Shown: piece by piece, positions 57,778 through 64,000 of the stretch
Layout: each line of letters opens with the position of its first letter
How positions within the stretch are numbered: the first letter of the stretch is position 1
Source of the DNA: an uncultured Alphaproteobacteria bacterium
Lineage (GTDB): Bacteria; Pseudomonadota; Alphaproteobacteria; Rhizobiales; Xanthobacteraceae
Length of the DNA stretch: 64,000 nucleotides
Direction: 5' to 3'
NCBI GenBank assembly: GCA_963727325.1
Contig: CAVSFV010000033.1
Span: 148,687 to 212,686, forward strand
Notes under the pieces: model-generated
Seen by the model: only the letters and a program-made list of their open reading frames with translations
Told to the model about the DNA's origin: nothing
Database searches by the model: none
Translations under genes and position numbers: made by a program

Positions 57778-59045
57778 GCGTAGCGGTGACGACCTTGAAA
57801 TCAGGCATCAATGTGGTGACTGATACGATGCCGCATCTCGAGACCGCTTCGCTGGGGGTATGGGTCAATACCGGCAGCCGCAGTGAACGGCACGACGAAC
57901 ACGGTATCTCGCATTTCCTCGAACACATGGCGTTCAAAGGCACGCGGCGACGCACGGCGCGGCAGATCGCCGAGGAAATCGAGGCCGTCGGCGGCGACCT
58001 CAACGCGGCAACGAGCGCCGAGAGCACCGCCTATTACGCGCGCGTGCTCAAGGCCGACGTGCCGCTCGCGCTCGACGTACTGGCCGACATTCTCTCCGAA
58101 CCGGCCTTCGCCCGCGACGAACTCACGCTCGAGCAGAACGTCATCGTCCAGGAGATCGGCGCCGTCGCGGATACGCCTGACGATCTTATTTTCGAGCATT
58201 TGCAGGCCATCGCGTTTCCTGACCAACCGCTCGGCCGCTCGATACTCGGAACGGCGAAGACCGTGCGTTCATTCGACGGTTCTAAATTGCGCAACTACCT
58301 CACCCGGCATTATCGCGGCCCTGATATTGTGATCGCGGCCGCTGGCGCGGTCGATCATGCAGCCGTTGTCGCCGAGGCGGAAAAGCACTTCGCGAGCTTC
58401 AACGGACCCGCCGGCCCTTCGCCAAGTCAGGCGCGGTTTGGCGGCGGCGCTCATGTCGAGAAGCGCGAGCTTGAACAGGTCCACATCGCTCTCGCGCTTC
58501 CCGGCGTGCCCCAGACTGACCCGTCGCTGTACAGCCTGCAGACCTTCAGCAACATTCTCGGCGGCGGCATGTCGTCCCGGCTGTTCCAGGAGGCGCGCGA
58601 AAAGCGCGGTCTTTGCTACTCGATCTATTCGTTTCACGCGCCCTACTCCGATGTCGGCATGTTCGGGCTTTATGCTGGCACCGACGCGGCCGACACCTCG
58701 GAGCTGATGCGGCTTATTGTCGAAGAGATAGCCAAAGCCGCTGATACGATCTCCGAAGCGGAGATTGCTCGTTCCAAGGCGCAGATGAAAGCCGGACTGC
58801 TGATGGCGCTGGAAAGCTCGGGTGAGCGAATCGGACAACTGGCGCGGCAGATGATGGTATGGGGCCGGCCGATCCCGCTCCACGAAGTGGTGCAGAAGGT
58901 CGAGGCGGTGACCGTCGAGAGCGCACGCGCAGCCGGGCGCGCTCTAATCGCGCGGGGCAAGCCCGCGATAGCAGTGTTGGGACTGGGGTCAGGGCTTGAA
59001 AGCGCGGCGGCCATCGCCGAGACTCTGACCCGCCGGGCCGCATGA
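57774..59045 (+). CDS. M16 family (pitrilysin-like) metallopeptidase.
   Basis: HGISHFLEHMAFKGT (HxxEH zinc motif). The start overlaps the thrC stop. Confidence 0.9.
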   Translation: MSVAVTTLKSGINVVTDTMPHLETASLGVWVNTGSRSERHDEHGISHFLEHMAFKGTRRRTARQIAEEIEAVGGDLNAATSAESTAYYARVLKADVPLALDVLADILSEPAFARDELTLEQNVIVQEIGAVADTPDDLIFEHLQAIAFPDQPLGRSILGTAKTVRSFDGSKLRNYLTRHYRGPDIVIAAAGAVDHAAVVAEAEKHFASFNGPAGPSPSQARFGGGAHVEKRELEQVHIALALPGVPQTDPSLYSLQTFSNILGGGMSSRLFQEAREKRGLCYSIYSFHAPYSDVGMFGLYAGTDAADTSELMRLIVEEIAKAADTISEAEIARSKAQMKAGLLMALESSGERIGQLARQMMVWGRPIPLHEVVQKVEAVTVESARAAGRALIARGKPAIAVLGLGSGLESAAAIAETLTRRAA

Positions 59046-59052
59046 TGCCACG

Positions 59053-59637
59053 ATGGCCTTCTTCCGCACCATCAACTTCGCCGAGCCGCTGCCGTCCATC
59101 GTCGGCGAGGGTGTCGTCCTGCGCATGGCACAAGTCACCGACTATGGCGACTGGGCAGCCCTGCGGGAGCAAAGTCGCGAGTTTCTGACACCGTGGGAGC
59201 CAACCTGGCCGGCCGACGATTTGAGCCGGAGCGCCTTTCGCCGCCGAATCAGGCGCTATGCCGAAGATCTCCGAACCGACCAGGGTTATGCCTTCCTGAT
59301 CTTCCGCAGTTCCGACAACGTCCTGGTTGGCGGATTGACCCTCGCCAACATCCGCCGCGGCGTGGCGCAAGCCGGCAGCCTCGGCTACTGGATGGGCCAG
59401 CCGTTCGTGCGTCATGGCTACATGACCGCGGCCGTGCGCGCCCTCATCCCGTTCGCCTTTGCCACGCTGCGGCTGCATCGGCTGGAAGCGGCTTGTATCC
59501 CGACCAACAATGGCTCGATCCGGCTGTTGGAAAACACCGGCTTTGTGCGCGAGGGCTATGCGCGGGAATACCTCTGCATCAACGGCATCTGGCAGGATCA
59601 CCTGCTTTACGCGCGGTTGAAAGATTCGAAACCTTAG
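59053..59637 (+). CDS. GNAT family N-acetyltransferase (RimJ/RimL-like).
   Basis: LGYWMGQPFVRHGYMTAAVRALIPFAF..LRLHRLEAACIPTNNGSIRLLENTGFVREG. Confidence 0.9.
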   Translation: MAFFRTINFAEPLPSIVGEGVVLRMAQVTDYGDWAALREQSREFLTPWEPTWPADDLSRSAFRRRIRRYAEDLRTDQGYAFLIFRSSDNVLVGGLTLANIRRGVAQAGSLGYWMGQPFVRHGYMTAAVRALIPFAFATLRLHRLEAACIPTNNGSIRLLENTGFVREGYAREYLCINGIWQDHLLYARLKDSKP

Positions 59638-59745
59638 GCACGCAAAGTCTTGACCGGACGCGGAGCGAAAATCAGTCTTAACCACCCAGTCGACACCCGC
59701 CTTGGGATGGCCACGGTTCGCTTGATATAACAAAGGCATCGGTGG

Positions 59746-60498
59746 GTGTTGGCAAAGAGTGTCGGGGGAATGCCGGGGACTAACCGTCGATCGCCATGGC
59801 ACACCCGCGCTTTGATCGCGGGCTCGCTTTTGTTTGGCCTTTTCTCGGGTGGATGCTCCAGCGGCGGAGGTCTTGGCCTGCCCAACGCCGCGCCCGCAGA
59901 GAGGCCGAACGGTTTCAAGGGATCGGGTTCAATATCCGACTTCTTCACCGGCACGTCGGCAAAGGATCGGCAAGCCGCTACCGGCGGGCAGCCCGATATC
60001 AACTGCCCGCACGTTGAAGTCCGCCAGGGCGCGTCCACGCTGACCATCGGCGGGGACGGAAACAAGTCGGCGATGGCCCTGAAGTATCAGGGTGAATTTA
60101 CGCGCGAAGCACGCGATTGCGCTGTGGTCGGCGGCAATCTGGTGATGCGGATCGGTGTCCAAGGACGGGTCATCGTCGGACCCCTTGGCGGACCTGGCCA
60201 GGTCGACGTGCCGCTGCGCATAGCCATCGTGCAGGAAACACCGGGAGGAGCGCGGCCGATCGCGACCAAGTTTATTCGCATTCCAGTCGCGGTTGGCGGC
60301 AATGAGGGTGGACTGTTCACGCACGTTGAGGAGGGCATGAGTTTTCCACTGCCGACGCCGATGTCATACCTCGACGATTACGTTGCCTATGTCGGCTTCG
60401 ACCCGCTATCTGCCCAAGCACAGGACAAGCCAAAAGAACGTCCGGCACCGCGGGCTCGCAGCAAGCCCAAGCGTGAGCCGTCGGCCAGCGCGAACTGA
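59746..60498 (+). CDS. Putative lipoprotein of unknown function. The start is uncertain; an alternative Met is at 59770.
   Basis: Lipobox-like LFGLFSGGC. Coding-like composition with a Lys/Pro-rich C-terminal tail. Confidence 0.55.
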   Translation: MLAKSVGGMPGTNRRSPWHTRALIAGSLLFGLFSGGCSSGGGLGLPNAAPAERPNGFKGSGSISDFFTGTSAKDRQAATGGQPDINCPHVEVRQGASTLTIGGDGNKSAMALKYQGEFTREARDCAVVGGNLVMRIGVQGRVIVGPLGGPGQVDVPLRIAIVQETPGGARPIATKFIRIPVAVGGNEGGLFTHVEEGMSFPLPTPMSYLDDYVAYVGFDPLSAQAQDKPKERPAPRARSKPKREPSASAN

Positions 60499-60550
60499 CC
60501 GGATTGCTTTTTACTTCCGGCTCCCCGCTTCGTTGGCGCCGGACTGACGA

Positions 60551-61231
60551 TTACCATCCTCGCAGTTCGTTGACAGCGCTCTTCAAGTCGCGCAGGTCGA
60601 CGATCACGGTGCGAGCACCGGCAGCCAGCAGGTCACGGGCGACCCTGTCCTCAGGATTGCCGCGTCCGAGGAAGCCGATCGGTTTCATGCCCGCCGCCTT
60701 AGCCGCAGCAACGCCGACGACCGAATCCTCAACGACAATGCACTCCGCCGGGTCGGCCTGAAGGCGCTCGGCCGCGAGCAGGAAAAGGTCGGGCGCAGGT
60801 TTTCCTTTGCTGACGAAATCCGCCGAGAACAGCCGCAGCTCGAAAAACCTCAGAAGATCGGCGACTTCCAGGCTCAAGCGGATGCGATCGAGCGCGGATG
60901 ATGATGCCACGGCCTTTGGCCCGCGGATCCAGGTCAGCGCGTGGGCGGCATGCGGAACGGCGCGCAATTCGGTGCGCAAACGCTCGCGCATCGCCGCCGC
61001 AACTGTCGTCGCGAAATCTGACGGCAGCTTCACTTTTGTGGCGGCTTCAACGACGGCGCAAACGTCCGCAAGTCGGCGCCCGTGAAACCGGCGCAACAGA
61101 ATATCTGCGGTCACGGTCACGCCGGCCTGCCCGAACGCCTCGGCCAGCACGGCGTTGGCAATCGGCTCGCTGTCAACAAGCACGCCATTGCAATCGAAGA
61201 TGATCACAGGACCCTCCGATGCACCGGCCAT
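60551..61231 (-). CDS. HAD family hydrolase (beta-phosphoglucomutase/phosphatase subfamily).
   Basis: IIFDCNGVLVDSE (DxDG/DxNG motif I), ...VASSS..., GKPAPDLF, VVEDSVVGVAAAKAAGM. Confidence 0.85.
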   Translation of the reverse strand: MAGASEGPVIIFDCNGVLVDSEPIANAVLAEAFGQAGVTVTADILLRRFHGRRLADVCAVVEAATKVKLPSDFATTVAAAMRERLRTELRAVPHAAHALTWIRGPKAVASSSALDRIRLSLEVADLLRFFELRLFSADFVSKGKPAPDLFLLAAERLQADPAECIVVEDSVVGVAAAKAAGMKPIGFLGRGNPEDRVARDLLAAGARTVIVDLRDLKSAVNELRGW

Positions 61232-61440
61232 AATGGAATTGGCCGTCGTGCCGTCCTGATCGAATCACCCGAAGCAACATACGCCGCGGCGAAGACAAGC
61301 AAAGACTGGCAACGCCCTACTCCCAAGATTATTCACAAAAGTGTCGCCTGCCGGCGCAACCGGCGCCAGCGACGGCTCATCAGTGGGTCGAGGGGGTATT
61401 CCAAAGTTGGGTCGCGCCCGACTGGGCGGACCGGCAGAGC

Positions 61441-61923
61441 TCAGTTGAACTTCGTTTTCACATCCTCGATGCCGCGGGCAAGCAAGTCCGCGGCGACGCT
61501 GCCCTTGCTTGCGGCAGTGAGAATTTTCTCGGCGGCAGCCACCGCCGTATCGGCGGCCGCGGCGCGGACATCGGCAAGCGCCTGTGCCTCGGCTTGCGCG
61601 ATCTTGGCCTCCGCCATCTTGGTCCGGCGCACGACGAAATCTTCCATCCTCGCCTTGGCCTCGACAGTTAGTCGCTCCGCCTCGGCCTTGGCGCCGGCGA
61701 TAATGGACGCGGCTTCGGTTTCGGCGTCGCGTCCCTTGCGCTCGAATTCAGCCAGCACGGCTTGGGCCTCCTGCCGCAGCCGCACCGCTTCATCGAGCTC
61801 CGATTTGATCCGGGCTTGCCGCGCGTCGATGCCGTCAATCACCCGGCGGTGCGCCCCCAAGTAAACCAGCAGGCCGAGGAAGATGACGAAGGCGATGGCA
61901 ACCCAGGTTTCGGCTTCAGGCAT
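61441..61923 (-). CDS. atpF: F0F1 ATP synthase subunit b.
   Basis: An N-terminal TM helix, then a long Ala/Glu/Arg-rich coiled coil. Sits after b' in the F0 operon. Confidence 0.9.
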   Translation of the reverse strand: MPEAETWVAIAFVIFLGLLVYLGAHRRVIDGIDARQARIKSELDEAVRLRQEAQAVLAEFERKGRDAETEAASIIAGAKAEAERLTVEAKARMEDFVVRRTKMAEAKIAQAEAQALADVRAAAADTAVAAAEKILTAASKGSVAADLLARGIEDVKTKFN

Positions 61924-61930
61924 GGCGGAC

Positions 61931-62464
61931 CTATCGCTTGCTGACGTCGCTCACGGCGGCGGCGACGTCTTGCGCATTCGGCGCGGTTCCGATCAGCCGC
62001 TCGACAATGGCCGCGGCGGTTTCCGTAGCGATGGCGCCGACGTTCTGCATCGCGGCTGAACGCGTCCCGGCAATCGACTGCTCAGCGGCAGCAAGCTTGT
62101 CGTGGAGCTGCGCCTCAAGCCGTTTATTGGCCGCGGCAGCTTCGGCCGCCTGCTGTTCGCGTGTCTCACCGGCAATCGCCTGCGCGCGGCCGCGGGCATC
62201 GGCGAGTTGCTTCTGGTAGGCGGCGCTGGCCGCTTCCGATTGCTCCTTGAACCGATTGGCCGCCGCAAGATCATCGGAGATCCGTTTGCTCCGCTCGGCG
62301 AAAATCGAGCCGATGCGCGGCAGCGCAATCCGCGACATCAGCGCATAGAGCAAGAGGAAGGTCAGCACCAACCACAGCAGCTGCGAGGGAAAATGCTGCG
62401 ACTGGAACGGTGGAAAGGCGTGATCTTCCGCGGGCGCCTCGGTATGGGCAGTCGGCTCGGCCAT
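61931..62464 (-). CDS. atpF2: F0F1 ATP synthase subunit b'.
   Basis: [42 protein letters not shown] is the typical alphaproteobacterial b' start. Confidence 0.9.
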   Translation of the reverse strand: MAEPTAHTEAPAEDHAFPPFQSQHFPSQLLWLVLTFLLLYALMSRIALPRIGSIFAERSKRISDDLAAANRFKEQSEAASAAYQKQLADARGRAQAIAGETREQQAAEAAAANKRLEAQLHDKLAAAEQSIAGTRSAAMQNVGAIATETAAAIVERLIGTAPNAQDVAAAVSDVSKR

Positions 62465-62471
62465 GCGGACG

Positions 62472-62699
62472 TCAGAGCCCGAACAGCAGCAGAAGCGCGA
62501 TCAACAGCGAGAAAATGCCAAGCGCTTCGGTGATGGCAAACCCGAAAATCAGATTGCCGAACTGACCTTGCGCCGCCGAGGGATTGCGCAGTGCCGCGGC
62601 CAGATAATTACCGAAGATGATGCCCACGCCGACGCCGGCGCCGCCCATGCCGATGCAGGCAATACCCGCGCCAATGTATTTTGCGGCAGTCGGATCCAT
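62472..62699 (-). CDS. atpE: F0F1 ATP synthase subunit c.
   Basis: 75 aa. [17 protein letters not shown]...RNP...[13 protein letters not shown]. Confidence 0.95.
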   Translation of the reverse strand: MDPTAAKYIGAGIACIGMGGAGVGVGIIFGNYLAAALRNPSAAQGQFGNLIFGFAITEALGIFSLLIALLLLFGL

Positions 62700-62735
62700 A
62701 ACAAAGCTCCTTTTCGAGGTTACCGGTCAGGGCCG

Positions 62736-63482
62736 TTAGTGGCCCGGGTGTATCGCATCGTTGAGATAGATGCAGGTGAGAATGGCGAATACGTAGGCCT
62801 GCAGGAACGCGACCAGAAACTCCAGCGCGGTGAGCATGATGACGAGGATCAGCGGCAGCGCCGCGCCGAACCAGCCGGCGACGCCGAAACCCGCGAGCAT
62901 GATGATGAAGCCGGCGAAAACCTGAAGCGTGATGTGGCCGGCGAGCATGTTGGCGAATAACCGGACGCTGTGGGAGATCGGCCGCGACACGAACGAGAGC
63001 ACTTCAATGACCACGATCGCCGGCAAGATGTAGATCGGAACGCCCTTGGGCACGAACAGCTTGAGGAAACCAAGCCCGTTCCGCCAAAACCCGTAGATAA
63101 CGACGATGAAGAAGACCGCGAGCGCCAGCGTCGCCGTGACGATCAGCTGGCTCGTCACCGTGAAGGAATAGGGAATGAGTCCGATGATGTTGGCGAACAG
63201 GACGAACATGAACAGTGTAAACACAAAGGGAAAGAACTTCATTCCCTCGGTGCCGGCCGAGCTGCGCACAGTATTGGCGACAAATTCATAAGACATTTCC
63301 GCCACCGACTGCAGCCGGCCCGGAATCAATGCGCGCGGTGTCGCAATCAACAGTGCCGAAACCAACAGAACGATGATCAGCATGAACACCGCGGAGTTGG
63401 TGAAATAGATCTGATGACCGCCGATGGAAAACAACGGCGCAATATTGTGAATCTGGAACTGGTGGATCGGATCAACCGTCAT
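62736..63482 (-). CDS. atpB: F0F1 ATP synthase subunit a.
   Basis: DPIHQFQI..., [35 protein letters not shown]. Confidence 0.95.
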   Translation of the reverse strand: MTVDPIHQFQIHNIAPLFSIGGHQIYFTNSAVFMLIIVLLVSALLIATPRALIPGRLQSVAEMSYEFVANTVRSSAGTEGMKFFPFVFTLFMFVLFANIIGLIPYSFTVTSQLIVTATLALAVFFIVVIYGFWRNGLGFLKLFVPKGVPIYILPAIVVIEVLSFVSRPISHSVRLFANMLAGHITLQVFAGFIIMLAGFGVAGWFGAALPLILVIMLTALEFLVAFLQAYVFAILTCIYLNDAIHPGH

Positions 63483-63513
63483 GATCGCATCACCGCCGCG
63501 CGCAAACTAGCCG

Positions 63514-63906
63514 TCACTGTTTCCGGTCTCCCGAGGCACCGTTACCGGGTGTTGGCCCGGGGACGACTCCGGCGGAGCGCATCACATTGAGCACGCCCGC
63601 GACGAAGCCGAGCAAAAGAAATACGATAAACCCCCAAGGCGAGATGCCGAGCAACCGGTCGATCAGCCAACCGAGGCCGGCGCCGACCAGCACGCCTCCA
63701 ACGAGTTCGCTCGAGAGCCGGAAGCCCCTGGCGTAGCCCGATGCAGTCGCGGCCCGATCTCCACCAGGACCATCCGAAGACTTAGGCCCTGCACGCCCGC
63801 GTGCCTGGCCTAGACCTTCGCCGAGACGCTGGAGTCTCGCGGAGAGGGCGGCTTCATCGTTGTGCGCCTGCTCGTGGTTGCCATTCTCGCGCGTGCCGTC
63901 GCTCAT
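63514..63906 (-). CDS. atpI: AtpI/AtpZ family F0 assembly protein.
   Basis: Lies upstream of atpB. Two C-terminal TM helices (ELVGGVLVGAGLGWLIDRLLGISPWGFIVFLLLGFVAGVLNV). Confidence 0.75.
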   Translation of the reverse strand: MSDGTRENGNHEQAHNDEAALSARLQRLGEGLGQARGRAGPKSSDGPGGDRAATASGYARGFRLSSELVGGVLVGAGLGWLIDRLLGISPWGFIVFLLLGFVAGVLNVMRSAGVVPGPTPGNGASGDRKQ

Positions 63907-64000
63907 CTTTCGACACTCGCGGCTTGCCGACAATCGAGACAGGCCCGCCCCCTGAAGCCGCGCGGACCTTACTGATTGGGTTCCGCCAAGTCAAGAAACG

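Overview
High-GC chromosomal segment, about 63-65% by eye. It looks like an alphaproteobacterium of the Bradyrhizobium/Rhodopseudomonas/Afipia type. Three things support that: the coxB-coxA-ctaB-coxF-ctaG-coxC-DUF983-SURF1 gene order, a separate atpI-B-E-F'-F (F0) operon, and a tRNA-His with A73 and no encoded G-1. I can support about 60 protein-coding loci and one tRNA. I saw no rRNA, CRISPR array, transposase or integrase.

Gene content from left to right:
- A transglutaminase / circularly permuted ATP-grasp+alpha-E / transglutaminase triad.
- An MDR dehydrogenase.
- A PleC/DivJ/PdhS-like PAS histidine kinase, apparently split in two.
- Two phasins, then tRNA-His.
- A CelD/FemAB-like GNAT module, an ATP-grasp module and a DUF5996 gene.
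- A Cache-HAMP adenylate/guanylate cyclase.
- A DUF2282-DUF692-DUF2063 (bufferin-type RiPP) cassette.
- A MetE-like gene behind two tandem orphan Leu/Ile/Val-type binding proteins.
- An orphan 2Fe-2S subunit, DUF1194 and AsmA.
- A PotABC-like importer without a binding protein.
- A single-domain response regulator, glpD, an SDR, a VOC protein, malonyl-CoA decarboxylase and a CoA-transferase.
- A PDR-type reductase with two VOC-fold proteins.
- A lower-GC islet carrying a LuxR HTH-only gene, DUF6894 and a Crp-family regulator.
- FUSC, two amidohydrolases, a hybrid kinase, msrB and ialB.
- The aa3 oxidase cluster, thrC, an M16 peptidase, a GNAT, a lipoprotein, a HAD hydrolase and the F0 operon.

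Most noteworthy:
1. The bufferin-like RiPP metallophore cassette at 17.7-19.65 kb.
2. The experimentally uncharacterised transglutaminase/ATP-grasp/alpha-E system at 0-6.1 kb.
3. At least six unambiguous single-site frameshifts in otherwise well-conserved genes, all within the first 45.5 kb, plus two possible further ones.
4. A lower-GC regulatory islet with a perfect TGTA-N8-TACA palindrome and a strong terminator, which hints at an unannotated small transcript.

All functional calls come from my recognition of protein-family sequence patterns in the supplied translations. No database search was run.
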